Part shown: in pieces, positions 24,981-41,244 of the stretch
Layout: every line of letters starts with the position of its first letter
Position numbering within the stretch: the stretch's first letter is position 1
Source of the DNA: Lama guanicoe
Lineage: Eukaryota
Length of the DNA: 64,000 bases
Reading direction: 5' to 3'
NCBI GenBank assembly: GCA_013239625.1
Contig: MU054738.1
Span: forward strand, 1,240,001 to 1,304,000
Notes under the pieces: generated by a model
Databases searched by the model: none
Seen by the model: the letters and a program-made list of their open reading frames with translations, nothing else
What the model was told of the DNA's origin: nothing
Position numbers and translations under genes: made by a program

Positions 24981-26049
24981 TGAAAATGTACAAAATCAGG
25001 AAAAGGGCTCAAATAAAGAAAAAAATGTGTGGGGAGTTTGGGGCTAGAGCAGTGGCCTCCGAAGTCTCTCGCTCTCCCATCCCTAATACCAAGGTTATTG
25101 TTAGCATTCACTCCTGAACACATGCATTTTAGCTTATTTATAAATTACAGCTATGAACTTCTACCATTATTATCTCAAGATGCGAAGTACACTTAGGGTG
25201 AGGCTCATCATTAGCTAGGGTGGAAGTAAGTCCATATTTCAAATAATCTTCTAGATACTTTGAAAAAACGTTTTAGCTTATTGCCAGATCTGATTAGATC
25301 GTCATGTTTTTACTGACACAAGCCAACAGAGGGCTCATAGCGACAAAGCGGAGGGCTGCCATTTGCTTCCTGTCTCCCTGAACTGAAGTTATTTGTATTT
25401 TTTAATCTGCTGGGGGTTTTTTCCCCCCAAGCATCTTTTAAAGCCACTTGTCCATTTAGTGAGGGTTGGCTTCATCAAAAGTACTTAATAAAAACCATCA
25501 CTTACTTGAGTCCTCTTAAATGGTAATTCATTGCAACTGGCTCCATGTGGACAAAGAGAGAGGCCACCAGTGTCAGCGCCTCTGAGCTGTGCAGGGTCCC
25601 TCTTCCCCAGGGTGCTCACGCACAGCTGGTCCCGTGTGATGCCTGACACCAGCACCCCAGGAGAGCACCGGAGCACGGGAAACAGGGCATCAGCCTCATC
25701 AATTGTTTTCATTCAAATGCCTTTACTTAATAGGCATTTGTTAATAGTTGTTGTCCAAACTGCATCTTACCAATGGAAAATATACGTTATATTCAGGTAT
25801 CCCTGGGCAAGATTAGCAATTGTTCATATGTTACAGTGGAAAGCTCAATACGTTTCTAAATTACAGACGTGGCATGGCTCAGAGTTTAACAGCATTAATC
25901 ACTACTATTATTGCACTGAAAACAATGAAAATTTTTAACAGTTTATTATCCAACATGCCCTTAAATCAAAGAGGATAGCAAAACTATAGCAAAAGTCATT
26001 TAGAAAATACCTTAAATTTTAACATTGAGAGTAAATTTCTTTCAAATTT

Positions 26050-26250
26050 TATTTTCGTTGAAATATTTTTAATTGTAGTAAAACATACATAACATAACAT
26101 AGCATTTGCCACCTTAACCACATCTATGTGTACAGTTCAATAATGTTAAGTACATTCACATTATTGGGCAACCAGTCTCCAGAATTCCTCCCATTTTGCA
26201 AAACTGAAACACTATACCCATTAAACAACTCCCCATTTCTCCTCCCCATA
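26050..26250 (-). mobile_element. L1MB-like 3' end
   Basis: 'taattgtagtaaaacatacataacataa...agtacattcacattattg...aactgaaacactatacccattaaacaactcccc'. Confidence 0.75.
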
Positions 26251-27110
26251 GTCTATTTTTAAATTTAAAAGGCACAAATAGAAGTTCCAATAACTCCTCT
26301 CTAGACCTAGACTAGACGTGTAGCTCTCTAAGGTTGGGGTCACCAAGTTCCTGACAGCTGCTGGAATTCCCTTCTGAGCACAGGGGCACTGGGTGTCCAT
26401 CAGGCAATTGGGGTCACAGGCTGTGACCCCGAAGCTGTAGTCAGCCTGTCCCCAGATTGGCTGACCTTGCGGCCGGCTCTCTCCTTGCATCACGCAGGGT
26501 CCCTGGCAGGGAGAGGAGACTGCTTGACCAGCAGCTGCAAGCCCTTCTCCTTCTTGGCAGCAGTCAACAGACTGTGAGGACATCAAAACCAGCTCCTTCT
26601 GAGGGAAACGTGGAAGCGCCTCTAGCTGGGTTCTTCCCCGGTGGGTGCGTGAGTCTGGCCACTGGGAATAAGGGCCCTAGATACCTCTTACAGACCCTTT
26701 ATAAAACATATTATCACACAAGATCCTTCCAACATCTGAGCAAACCATTACTTCCCTTTTACAGCTAAGGAAACTGAGTTTCGAGATGTTAGTTAATGTG
26801 TGAACCCAACCCTGTAAAGAATGACCCAGGAGAGAGTTGGCTGGCGCTGTGCCTGTGGGACCCAGGGACTTTCTGTTTTTCTCCCTTCCCCGAGCCTCCT
26901 GGCAAGCCAAGGATGCAGTCAGTACATACGAGGAAAAGGAAGCTCGGTGTGGGGTGGGTCAAGGAAGCAAGCGTTACTTTCATTTCTGACCCTGGAGAAT
27001 CCTAGAAACTAGAGAATTTTTGTTTTTTTCTTAAGACCTGCTTATTTTATATTAAAAAAACATTGAATTATATTTTTAAAGTTTGGGCACTCATTTAAAA
27101 ATTAATTTGA

Positions 27111-27258
27111 GGGGGGGAGGGTATAGGTCAAATGGTAGAGCACATGCTTAGGATATACAAGGTCCTGAGTTCAATCCCCAGCACCTCCTCTAAAAATAAA
27201 TAAGTGAACTTAACTACCTCCTCCACACAAAAATAAATTAAATTTTAAAAATTTAAAA
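27111..27258 (+). mobile_element. Camelid-type tRNA-derived SINE (Vic-1-like)
   Basis: 'ggggagggtataggtcaaatggtagagcacatgcttagg...ggtcctgagttcaatccccagcacctcc'; 18-bp TSD with 2 mismatches (27093-27110 / 27259-27276). Confidence 0.9.
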
Positions 27259-29173
27259 ATTTAAAAAATAATTTCAAAAAGGAAAAACCTGTTTAAACCT
27301 GAGCCTCCCTTTCTAAAATTATTTCAGACCTAAAATAAAGGACACTTTAGACAAATTACGAATTGGCAAATATGGGGTGGGCACCCCCAGTCTCCCAGTA
27401 CAAAACACCGCCCATCCTCAGGTGACCCAGCATCAGCTCGGTCTCCCTCCTCAGCTTTTCCCTATTTCTACTAACTGAGAGCATCTGAAACTCGCTCTTA
27501 CAAAAGTGGGAAACCCTAAAGCAGCTTAAAGTGATTGCCCACCCCCACCACGTCCAGGTTGATGTGGAACTTTGATAAACCACGAACTGCAGGAAGAGAG
27601 TTCTAAGCATGGACTCTGTCAGTGGGTAGGACCTTTGGGGGGAAGCAGAAGGAAGGGACAGGGCATTCCTAAACCAGAGGCCTCCTTCCTCCATGGCAAC
27701 GGTTCACTACCAAAACTTGGGCCGTGTGATTGGGTCACTGGTTTTTGTCATGCTTCAGAGGTGAGTGGAAGGAAATCAGAGGATAGTGGGAGAGGTGCCT
27801 TGCCTGCTCAATTCAACACAAAACCTTAAGAGGCAGGTCCTACAGTTACTCCTATTTGCTAAGAAGGGGCTCAGAGATGTTAAGTAATTTGCCCAAGGGT
27901 GAACAGTGAGTGTAGTTTGTAATTGGAAATATTGCGATTTGGGTTTACGGTGACAATGAGCAGAATATTTCAAACAGACTGACTGAGAATCTGGGCAGCA
28001 TTTTTGCCTGCCCTGCCTTCCTTGAGGAGGTGTAGGGTTCCACAATTATTCTGCAGAGCCCAAGAGACAAGCAAGACCTGCCTGGATCACAAGGTGCATT
28101 TGGCAGGCTGGGGCCCTGCTGGTTTTCTTATGTGGAACGTAGCAAAGGCCACCTAGTGTAGCCCCAGGATCCTGCCACAGGGCAGCTGAAAATCTGCGCC
28201 CAGCAGAGGAGATGTGTGAGATTGTCGGTGCCCAGGTGTTTCTTTGGGCTTAATATGCCAGGAAAGGGTGATTTCTTTTTCTTTTCCAGTAGGTAAAGTA
28301 CACACTCAATTGGTTTTAGAAACTGTGCTCCCTCATGTTTCTTTCACGTGAGGGAGTTGCCGTCAGCTCCAAGGCTGTCGTCTTATGGACGGTCTGTTAC
28401 AGCCCCCAGCTGCCCTGAACTACATCTCAGGCCTGGAGGGAGCTGGTCTGCAGAAGTGCACACAGACCGGGGGTTTAGGGATTGTCGACCCCGGGGGAGA
28501 TCCGGGGCAGGGTTGACATTCTCGGGGACAAGTGTCACTTCTGCTGAGCTCCGAGAGCGGGACCTGGTCGAGTACACCAGGCACCACAAGGGGGAGTGCT
28601 CAGAATACGGAGGAGAAGGAAGACTCAGAATACAGCATCTCTGCCATCAGGATGCAACTCACAGTGAAGCTTTGATTTGCCATACGGGAACTGTGCTTCC
28701 TTGCAATGCTTAAGAACGTACACAAATTAAAGGCAGCGTGAATGAAGGAAATAAATGTGTTCAGCTTTTCAAGCCTTAAAACCCATTTTCTACATCCTCC
28801 AAGGACGAGAGGTGAGGACAGACAAGTAAATAGGTCAATTACAGGCATTCAGGGGAGCAGGGGCTGCGTCTTCACTGCTGGTTCACCCACAGGGAGCGGA
28901 TGTCTGTCCCACGGCAAACACTCAATAAATAGTTGTTGAATGAATGAATGAACAGGTGAAGGAGAACTGCACAGTCTTCAGGAGGGACCAGTTGGTGTGC
29001 TTTTCTTAACCTAACAGAAAGCTTCAGGGCCGATCTGCCAGCTGTCAAGGACCTGAAGAAGGAATGAGGTTGAGTTTAGAAAATACACATTCTGTAAAGC
29101 GTGAAATCAACTAAGGTACAACACATGGAGTCATGAAATGGAAACAGGGTGTGTTTTTCTACTTTTTAATTAG

Positions 29174-29353
<180 letters not shown>

Positions 29354-31145
29354 TAGAGCTCAAGCTTTCTGAATTCTTAAGGTACCTGCTTCAGCTTACT
29401 TTTAAAAATCAATTTATATTAATATTGAGATTAGAGATGGCTGATCTGATGTTGGCCTTTTGCAACCTAGAATCTTGCATTCATGCTTTTGTGTGAATCA
29501 CCTGTGGATATATAATTTCTAAGTTGGAACAGCCATCCAGTGTTTGTCCCTCCCTTTCATTACACTGTGTGTATCTCTCAGGAGTGCCCTGACTCCTTCT
29601 GCCTCCTACTTGTTCATTTCTGAACATCTTCCCACTAGATTGTAAGCTATTTGAGGGCAGGAACCATATCTTATTTGCCTTCATTTAAGCACTGTAGGTG
29701 TTCAATAAATGTTTGCTAAATTGCATTCTGAATAATAGTATTACAGTCTTTTGATTTCAACCTGCTTTATTTTTAACCTTCAAAGGCATTCTCTGCCCCT
29801 GAGTCTCTCCTTCAATGGGCTAGCCCTCTCTTGGCAGCACCCAAATGCGTGTGCACACACATGTCCCCTTTACCCTGATCCATGCATGTCCTGTAGGACT
29901 GGCATGTTTCCTTTTTTGTCCCCTTTGGCTCCCTTCTGGGCAGAGGGAATCACAGAGGGTGGTGACCTGAATAGGATACCTAGCTCTGACCCATAAAAGG
30001 CTCCTCTTCTATTGGCCTGAATTTCCCCTCCCCTTCAAGAAGTTGGCTGAATATGAAACGCAGTGAAATTTCCCTCTCCATCTCAGAGCAGGCACTAATT
30101 AGAGTCTGTGCCTGGCTCAGCAGTGCCCTATGCAATTACAGAGGGAGCACCCCCTAAGATAATTCATATGCCAAGTTAATTTGCCTCCACTGTTAATTGC
30201 ACCTGCTCTATTTTTATAGCTACTCTCTAATACACCAGAATATGTTGCAATGAGCACTGGCTGGAAGTCAGGAGGTTTGGGCACCATCCCGATCTGTGCC
30301 AGTTATATGACCTTATGACAATCTCTTGAGCCTTTAAAGTTTTGATTCTGTGGCTGAATTTAAGTAAACAGAAGCTGGCAGAGGGAGAGGCAGATGATCC
30401 ACCCAGATTATTTTTTTGAGAAATGCGCAAGTCCTCTAGGAATTCCTGGAGAATGACTTGAACAGCATTGTAGGGGGCTATGGCAGTGATGGTTGGTATG
30501 TTCCATAACACTCATCATGGCCCTATCACTATCATATAAGGGCTACTATGTCTGGCATGAACTTACATGTCACATAGATGAAGTAGAGCATAGGGTGACT
30601 GCTGGAAGGCCTCCCACTGAGTAGAGAATTCTATAATTAGAGCTTCATTCCTTTGGCTACAACCAAGGAGGGCTTTGCTCACCGGTAATATGTAACATCT
30701 CTAAGTAACCTATTTAGCTGTATTAAGCATCTATGGTTCAGTGGAAATGTATTGATCTTTTCTTTTCCATGGACTAATTTATGAGCTGAGAAAGAAGAGA
30801 GCATAAGGACACAAATGACATTCCACTGAAGAAGAAAAAAAGAGAGAATTAAGACACTAAGGCAGAGGTGAAAGACAAGAGCCTTCAGTTTTCAGACAAT
30901 CTACACAGTCTAAAACCATGTATGCCAACCACCACCAGTACATCAGGGCTGTGGCTTGACAACAATATCGAAAACTTGGCCTTTTTAGGCCTTTAGTAGG
31001 CAAATAGAAACCAAGAGGAATTTCAGACCCTATTTCCATAGTCAAGGTCAAAGTCAGATATATGAGTGTTGATAAATGATCTTAAAGTAGATCATCTTTT
31101 CCTAGCTTGTCCAGAATTTTTCTTGATTTGGAATGACTACTGTAA

Positions 31146-31889
<744 letters not shown>

Positions 31890-32484
31890 TAAAGCAAACT
31901 TTCAAAGCTGAGAAACAAAATGCTAGTAAGGTGAGAACCTGAAAAAGACGGTTGCCTCCTTTATTCAAACTCAGGCAGACACTCAGCTCTGTTCTGCTTG
32001 AGCATCATGGAGTTTCTTTAAAATCAGTCCAGGCTCATCAATTCCCAGTCTGGGAAGAAGCCTAGGGCCGTGTCTAACCAGGTCACACGTGGCGCCCTCC
32101 TCGGCCTCCTCCACCTCACTGCTGTAACTCCTGCGGTCAGAATGTCCATGCACACCACCAGAGAAAATGCTCGTAGACACACCACAAACTACAGAAATGG
32201 AAATTTCTGTAAAAGATAAGAATTACCTTCTACCAATAACCGCCCAGGCCCCCTAATATTTCCATGTTGGAACTACAGTGCTGCTTGATGTTTCAAGGCA
32301 GAAGGAGGTACCTTCTCTGGGCGTCTGTGGAGTGGCTGGGACCCAGCACCTCGGAAACGAGAGTTGCTGTGTGGGCCACGTATACAATCTGTGTTTCCTT
32401 GGACTCATCGCTCATGGGCCACTAGGCCAAGGAAGAGGATGCTCCTCTCTGACATGAAAGATGCAACGGGCTCCTTCTAGAAAC

Positions 32485-32830
32485 CCTGCCATCGGGGACA
32501 ACATGGATGAAGCCGGAGAACACTGTGCTCAGTGAAATTAGCCAGACTCAGAGGGACGAGAATTACATCATCCCACTTCAATGAGGAATCTAAATGAGCG
32601 AAACGCCTAGAAGCAGAGAGTGGAATGGTCACTGCCAGGGGCTGAAGGGACGGGGACAGGGGGAAATGCTGGTCAAAGGTACAAAGTTTCAGTCATGCAG
32701 GACAAGTGAGTCCTGCAGATCAATGGTACAGAGTGGCACCCGCAGTGAACAGGACTGTGCTGTGTACTTAATCTTATATAAAGGGTTTTCATCACTAACG
32801 ACGACAGTCATTTTTAAAAAGGACGCAGGA
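32485..32830 (+). mobile_element. Old L1M 3' end
   Basis: 'acaacatggatgaagccggagaacactgtgctcagtgaaattagccag', 'ggtcaaaggtacaaagtttcagtcatgcagga'. Confidence 0.75.
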
Positions 32831-34496
32831 GGAAACTTTTGGAGGTGCTGGGTAGTTTCACAGCATAGGCTGGTGATTGGTTTCATGCATGGCTGCTTAT
32901 GTTCAAGCTTACCAAGTTGAAGATTTAATTACCTACAGCTTTTTGTATATAGGGGGAAAATGGGCTCCTTCTAGCTAGTTTTCAGTTATATCAGCTGTAG
33001 GAGCAGCCTCTGAATCAAACTCTCAAAATTGCCGGGGCCTTGCATAATAGCCTCCACGTGGGAGGGGCTCGCCCAGAACGGACCAGAGACTGAAGCCAGG
33101 AAACCGTGGTACATCCTTCCCACCCCATTGTCCCCCCAGCGAGAACGGCCATCGTTACTGGAACCGTTAGGTTCTATTCCCGGGTCTGGAGGACTTTTCT
33201 TGTAAGTCAGGTGTTTTTCTAGCATTCCATTCTGAGGCTCCAAATTCCCCGATATGAGGGAAAGCTTCAGGGCTGTAGACTAAGGAGACTCAATGCTGGG
33301 ATGAGACTGAGTAATTTTTGCCTGACTTTTAAATAGACCTAAAAAATAAAAATCTTAAAAATATTCGAGATGCTGGGAATAAGATGAGGATTAGGACACA
33401 GCCCCTGACTTTTAGGAGTTCAGCCCAGAGAAGGGAAAACAGGTCAGTGGACGATTACACTACCATAACAGAGGAGATGAAATTAACAGCACACAATGCA
33501 GAGATGTTCTACAGTAGAACTCACAGGGGTTCTGTGGGGCAAGAGGAGATGCCACTAAATCTAACAGGAGTGAGAGAAAACAATTGCTATTCAACAAAGG
33601 GGATGGCTGCCTTACACACCGGATGATCAGCAAATGACTCGTAGGTTTTTAAACACTACACTTCACAATTTATCTCGAAATGATTCATTCTTTAAACATT
33701 AAGGATTTAATATATCATTGGGTTACAAATTAATAATACATTTTTCCTAATGTGAAACACTCCATTGGGAACTGTAGATTTTCTGTTGAATGGACTTCTG
33801 TTTACATCATCATTTTTATATGGATGGTTAATTCTTCCAGAAAAAAAAAAAAGATTTCTCAAATTTGATGTTTCCCTAAATCTTTGACCTACTGTTCATA
33901 ACATAATGTATACGAAACACAAAAAAGAATAGCAAGAAAGTAAATGCTTACCACGCAGCTTAAGACACAAGACATTTCCAGTATCTTTGGAATGCCAATG
34001 CACATCTGAATTACAGCTTTAAGGAATTAAAATAATGACTAGAAAAATTTTTAGAAGTCCATAGAGAAAAGTGGTTCATAATCCCCTATTTAGTTAACCC
34101 CAGTGACATCAGAAATAATAAAAATAAGGCACACTTAATTTAAAATAATTCAAATATACAAAGGAACAAAATAAATGAAAGTCTCCCTCTCCCCCCCATT
34201 ATTCTCTCTTCCAACAGATAGTTACTATTAATAATTCTCATGACTCCTTCCAGAAAATAAAATTGTTTGCATTAATCTCTGTGTGTGTGGGTATGGAGCG
34301 AGTAATAATAATATTAACGATGAGTAATAATAGTAACAGTGTACTTGTTAATAGATGTCAAATTGTCCTGGCAACCGCTTGCACCAGTGTGCACGCCTAC
34401 GATTAAATACAGAACAAAGATTTTGAAGGTGCTGGTTGGAAAATGGAATGACATTGTATCTACACCTTTAAAGTTCAGACTCTCTAACAACACTAA

Positions 34497-34784
<288 letters not shown>

Positions 34785-36604
34785 TAGGGGTGCTCAGGGC
34801 AGGTTTATAAACATTTCTTATTCAAAAAGTAGGTCAACTCACTTTTCCCCTTTTTTAAAATTCCCTCATTGTTCCTGTGAAAATTCTTTATGGTTAAAGA
34901 CCAAATGAACTCTAATGTGTGCAAAAGAGAACCATGAGCGAATTAGGGCAAACTCTTCCTTCTTACTGCAAAGAAAAAGAAAACCACCAAGGAAGAAATC
35001 ACATTGTGGAAGCAAATTTTAGCCAAGTGAGTTTTTTTTTTAAGTGGCCTGAACTCTTTCCAGTTGGTGGGTTAATTACTATTAATTACTAATCAGTACT
35101 TAAATATGAATAGTGCCTTCTCCTCAGCAGCCTGATGAACCCTGCCCCTCCCAGATCTGACCGGGGGCAGCCTTTCATTCCTTCCCCAGACGGAAAGTTC
35201 TCTCCAGGAACCCTCCCGCTTTCCTGTGTGCCTCCCATCCCTTCCCTTCCCCTAACTGAAGTCTCTCCTCCACCCACTTATGTCTTCTGAATTGCTCACT
35301 GGGTGACTCTCTGCACCCCTTTTTTATCATTTGGAAGATGAAATCAATATATCTACTTCACACAGGTGTTTTGAGGATGAAGTAAATCGTCTGAAGTAGT
35401 TGCGATTCTCATCATTCAAGTGTTGTTTGTCACGGTCACAAGGCTGCACACAGACACTGAAGTTTTTACAGCAGAAAGCTGTACACTAATGTACTGACCT
35501 CTTACAAAAAGAGTCCCACTCAGACATCCCACCTGTGTGTCATTAACTTCTTTTCATTTGGTTAAAAGCTTTGATGAGTAATCCCCCCTGATTGTCATAC
35601 GACAATGGAGGAGATGCGGGGGAGGTGACTGGTGGTCAAAATGTAGAAACTTCCTTTACGAGATGAGTAAGCGCTGGGATGTAACGTACAGCACGATGAC
35701 TGTAGCTGACATCGCTGCATGATGCGTAGGAGAGCTGTTCAGAGAGGAGACCCTCAGAGTTCTCATCACAAGGACAGCACTTTGTATGACAGTGAGAGGA
35801 CACACAGCTGTTCTGCTTGTTTCCAAGTTTGGGATAATTTTTTCTTAACAGTGTAGACGTTATGGCTTCTGTGTTCTTCTGCAACTTGGTTTTTCACTCA
35901 GTATAGCTGGGGAGATTTAGTCATGTGAATACTTGTGGTTCTAATTCATTGATTCACTGATGTATGTTAGTCTATGTCAGAACATCACAATCTATTTATC
36001 GCCATTCTCCTGCTGAAGTGCATTTAAGTTGCTTCCAATGTTTTGCTGTAACAAACAACTCTCGATACATTTTGTCAAATAATGATTTTGCCTCTTCAAT
36101 CCACATTTGATTCATTCTTTGTTCTAAGACTAAGCACATACCTATAATTATAATCTTATATTTGATAAATGCAAGATAAATGAAATACTTTCCAAAATAT
36201 CATAGATCATTTTTTTTCACTATTTACCATACATTTTTGGCCCAAATCTTGAATGGATTCACTGTAAGTGGCTCTTTTCCCATACCACTTACTGGCACTG
36301 GAGACATACACCTAAATTCAAAATAATAGTTTCAAAATAAAGAGGTTAGATGTGGAAGGGATGGAGTGGGGGCTTTATCTGTTTGGAAAATATTTTATTT
36401 CTTAATACAGGGAGTAGGCACATAAGATTTATACTGAGGAATTTCTGTTTCCAGCCCAGTCTCTGTTACACAAGGCCATGTAATTATCACTTAAATTGGA
36501 TCTCTTTTAAAAGTGATGCAGGCAGTATTAATGATTACTTGACAATAACAGACATAAATTGGGAACTTGCACCAGCAGAAGGGGACACATGGACACTAGA
36601 CTAA

Positions 36605-37025
36605 AAACAAAATGGCCACAATATTTTGTGGTTCCTCCCATCGAGAGGTGGAGTCTGTCTTTCCAGCCTGAAAGAATCTGGCCGTGGGTCTGTCTCAGGG
36701 CTGCTCACTAATACTCTGATCGGGACGCATGGGAGATGGCACTTCCCTGCCCCCTGGAAGTTGGGCGTGGCCGGCTCACTCACTACTGGAGGAAGCCTTT
36801 AAGAAGGGCTGAGGACTTGTCTTGCTCCCTCCCCGACCCTGGGACTAGTTCCGCTCCGCATGGTGGAGGCTCCATCACCCTGAGTGAGGAGGTGTGTAGC
36901 AGAACCTTCACCCAAGCTGTGACTGACAGGTGCTGGAGTGAGAGAGAAACCTTGGTGCTTCCAAGTCACTGAGATTCTGCAAATCTGTGTTACTGTTGCA
37001 CTGCAGCCATCTGGACTGAAACAGT
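36605..37025 (+). mobile_element. MLT1 (MaLR) LTR relic
   Basis: 'aatggccacaatattttgtggttcctcccatcgagaggtggagtct...aagtcactgagattctg...tgttactg...gactgaaaca'. Confidence 0.7.
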
Positions 37026-37664
37026 TACAGGAACTTATACAGCTGTGCTGCTGAGAGGCTGAGTATTGTGTAAAGTTCATCTGCAGGCTACAGAAGTGTC
37101 TCTCTGTTAGGGCATCTGGGGCAGGAGAGACTGTTGTGGGAAAAGAGCAAGGCCTCTCTAAACTACAACTTCTGCTGTTTACTAAAAAAACGTGCCTTCA
37201 GGAAGGTGGGGGTGGGAAGACTACCTCATCTGGGGTCTTAAAAATCAGCTTATTGGGTTTTTTTGAGGCATAAATATAATGTAAAGATTCCCCAGCCTTC
37301 ACATTATTCCAGAAATTGTTTTGGGATCTTTAGGAGAGGGAGAATTGTGTATTTCCGAGTAAAACACATTTACAATAGTAGACATTTGAAAAATAATTCA
37401 AGGAAATATTTTGAAAACAAAGGGAGTCACAGTTAACAAGATACAGTACAGATTTGAAAGGAGATCCAGATATTCTTTTAAAATGTCTTCATTTCCAAGT
37501 TGAGAGCTGTTAACTTTTAGAATAGTGATATAAATTTTTTTCAATGATAGGGGAAGAAGGTGAGGATTTATGATTTCTCTCATGATCTCTGCTAAGGAGA
37601 ATTCTACAAGGGACACTCAGTTACTCTGTTAGAGAGCGCCACTGAAGGAAAAAGACTTCCCTAA

Positions 37665-37997
<333 letters not shown>

Positions 37998-38784
37998 TGA
38001 TTCTTCTGTTAACCTCTTTATTAATTACATCTGAATTTGAAGACAAGCTGTAGGAGGACATTCACACTTCCTTGTGATGGTATTTGGGCTGACTTGATAT
38101 CAAATAATGCACGATCTTTAGAAAACAAGAAACTCTATAAAAAAATAATTTAAAATACAAAATACTTTCTAATCCAGAGATGGCTAATTCTGCTTAGAGC
38201 TATAGTGCCGTAGCTGATACAGGTGATCTTGAAGAAATCTGGTCAATGTAGTTTTTAAGAGAGAAGACTTTCAGGTAAAGCAGCCTGAGTTCAAAAGCTG
38301 ACTCTGAAACTTGCCAGCTGAGTAAGTTTGGGAAAGTTCCATATTCTTTCTAGGCGTCAGTTTTTCCACCTGGAAAATGGGAATGATGAAAGCTACCTTA
38401 AAATGGATGTCTGTAAAATGATGAGTAAAGGTTCCTTATCCAAAGCAAGAGCTCCGTAAATTATAGGGCTCATTAGTTTTTGACACAGTAAGCTTCTGAC
38501 TTACCTTGAAAATTAAACACATTTATATGTTGATATTCACGTAAAAACATATTGCCATCTTAAGTCGTACTTACATAGCATCTCCCCCATTCAGTCAATA
38601 ACCCCAGCTGCATAATTTAAAAGTGACTGAATTTCCTGATCCCCCTCCCCACCACACACACGTATCACATTAGTACACAATGCACCAGCTAATGGTTCCT
38701 GATGAGGTCAGTAACAGAAGGCCTGAAAAAGCCCGGGTATGAAAATCACTGTGCAGACCAACCGAAGGTGCAACATTTTGTGCA

Positions 38785-39090
38785 GCATGTAATGTTAGCG
38801 CCCTACCCTGATCCCGGGATCCCTGTACCAACTCCAGCTGGTGCTGCCGCTAACTGCTCACCCCTGCAACCGTCTCCAAAGGGTCACCCTTGGTGCCACT
38901 TTCTCTCCAGAGCTCCCTGCAGGATCAGGCTGAGGCTAGCGGTCACCCCAAGCCACATCCCAGATTAGCTCCTTCCCCTTCTCTGTCTTACTTGCCTCAT
39001 CCCCTTAAAAGTTTCCCCTGAAAGCATCCTTAATCAATACCTCACTGGGTCGGAGTCTCAGGCTCTGCTTCTGGGGAATCTGGCCTACAG
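38785..39090 (+). mobile_element. LTR16-like ERVL LTR relic
   Basis: 'gctccctgcaggatcaggctgaggcta...ctcaggctctgcttctggggaatc'. Confidence 0.6.
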
Positions 39091-39789
39091 AACTCTGTTG
39101 CCCAATGATTCTCTCTCTTTCCAGCTGCAAAGCTGTGGCCCATGTGTGGGCCTTCTGAGAAGTAAGTCTAGAGAGTCACACGCAGCACTTTAAAAACACA
39201 AACCGAAACCAGAATAGGACAGACTAGAAGAGAAAGTATCAGAGTGCATTGCATTTACTAAGTCGTATGCATTTGTCATGGAACTTTCATCTCCATGGTG
39301 TGTGTTTATGTGTGTGTATAAACATGTGTGTACAGTGTATATGCACGTATGTTAAGATGTGTGTTTTTGAGCCCAGATGTAAAATGTGTTTGTAACTACA
39401 GACCACAGTCAAAATGCTCCAATCCCAGCTGACTCTCTGATTCAGTTACCTCCTTAGATAGATTATACCCTAGGCAAGAAAAATAATTCGTTATATCTGA
39501 TCACCCTCACAAATACATTTAGTTTAAAGAGGAAAAATTCTTGTGAGGAATGAGGAAAAGAATAAAACTTTAAGAAAAAATTTAGCAGTGCTTTCAGTCT
39601 TTAGAAAAGTAGAGCCAAATATTTAACTGTTCTTGTCAGGATTTCCATTGTGTGCTTCAATTTGCTTCCATTCTAGTAACATTAACTAATTTATCTAAAA
39701 TTTTTATATTGATAACAAAGACACTTGTGTATCAAAAACTTCCATATAAACTAAAATTATGGTTTTCAATGATACATTTTTTCTAATAA

Positions 39790-40040
39790 TCATCATCACT
39801 AAAGTGGACTTACTATTTATCAGTCGGTGTTTTAAGAACACTCCTCATATATTAGGTCATTTAAGACCTTCAAATGACCCTATAAGGTGAGTATTATTGT
39901 TTTCCAAATTTTTCAGATGAGGCACAGAGAAGTTAAACAACTTGTCTGAGGTCACACAGCAGGTAAGTAGTAGAAATGGGATTCAAACCCAAGCAGCTTT
40001 TCTCCAGAATCTATGGACTTAACCACTTTGCTGAACTGCC
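39790..40040 (-). mobile_element. MIR SINE
   Basis: 'ttttcagatgaggcacagagaagttaaacaacttgtctgaggtcacacagc...gggattcaaacccaagcag'. Confidence 0.85.
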
Positions 40041-40619
40041 TGTAAAAGTTCTTTTTCTCAAAACAGCTCTTATTTCACATGTAATGGAAAGTGCAAATCC
40101 ATAAAACAGCAAGTACTGGAGAGGAACCTTGTGTAAAAAATATACAAATTCCAACAGGTGAAAAAAGTTATGCCCCTTGGGTTGTAGTTACATGGGTGTT
40201 AGCTTTATAATTATTTACTGAACTCGACATAAATGCTTTATGTGGTTTTTAGGTGTTATACTTACCAAAAGGAAAAAGAAAGTAATGTTAGTTTTATAAA
40301 CTAGAATTAAGAAATAACCAGTTTTTATTTGGCTTTTTAATGTTTTGCTTTAGCATTTTTGGCTAATTAATATCAGGGACTTTTTTTTTAAACATTTTCA
40401 AAATAGCTCTCTTAAGGTTACATCAAGTTGCATGTCATTACAGTTTCATTTAAATTATTAAAATCAAAGCATGTGCACTTGAGAACTCATTAAGAGAGTA
40501 AACGACATACATTTCAGGTGACTGGTTCTTACAAAAATCACACATACAACCATAAACTGTAAATTTTCTAGGGAAACTCAGTACAAAACTTGGTGCATCA
40601 CATTAATATCTGTGCACAC

Positions 40620-40990
40620 ACTGTGGCACTCACCAGATATTCCATCCAATCGCTCACATTTTCCAGTTCCTCTTGCAGTTAAGTGGTACCATATGGTAAG
40701 TTCTGGCCAATGAAATGTGAACAAAAACAAAAAGAGTTATTTCTAGGCTGAGATAGTGAAGAGTCTGTGTATGGTTATCCATTCGCTTTCTCTGCTGAAG
40801 ATGAGAAGAAACCCACTACAGCCGTAAGTTGATGTTCCCCCCTCAGCCAGGGTCCTGAGTGTCTAGGTGGTACAGAACCCTGGTAGTGGACGTGTAACAT
40901 GAGCAAGAAAGAAATTTTGTTGCACGAAGCTACTGGAACATTGGAGTTAATTTGTCACTTCAGCACAACCTAGCCCATCCTGACTAATGG
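40620..40990. mobile_element. MLT1 (MaLR) LTR relic
   Basis: 'ccagttcctcttgcagttaag...agttctggccaatgaaatgtga...tgtaacatgagcaagaaa...cagcacaacctagcccatcctgactaat'. Confidence 0.7.
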
Positions 40991-41058
40991 GGTATTAAAT
41001 TAACCCTGAATGTGCACTGGAAGTTAGTAACCTTTTATTGTATAATCCTTCTCCTTAG

Positions 41059-41244
<186 letters not shown>
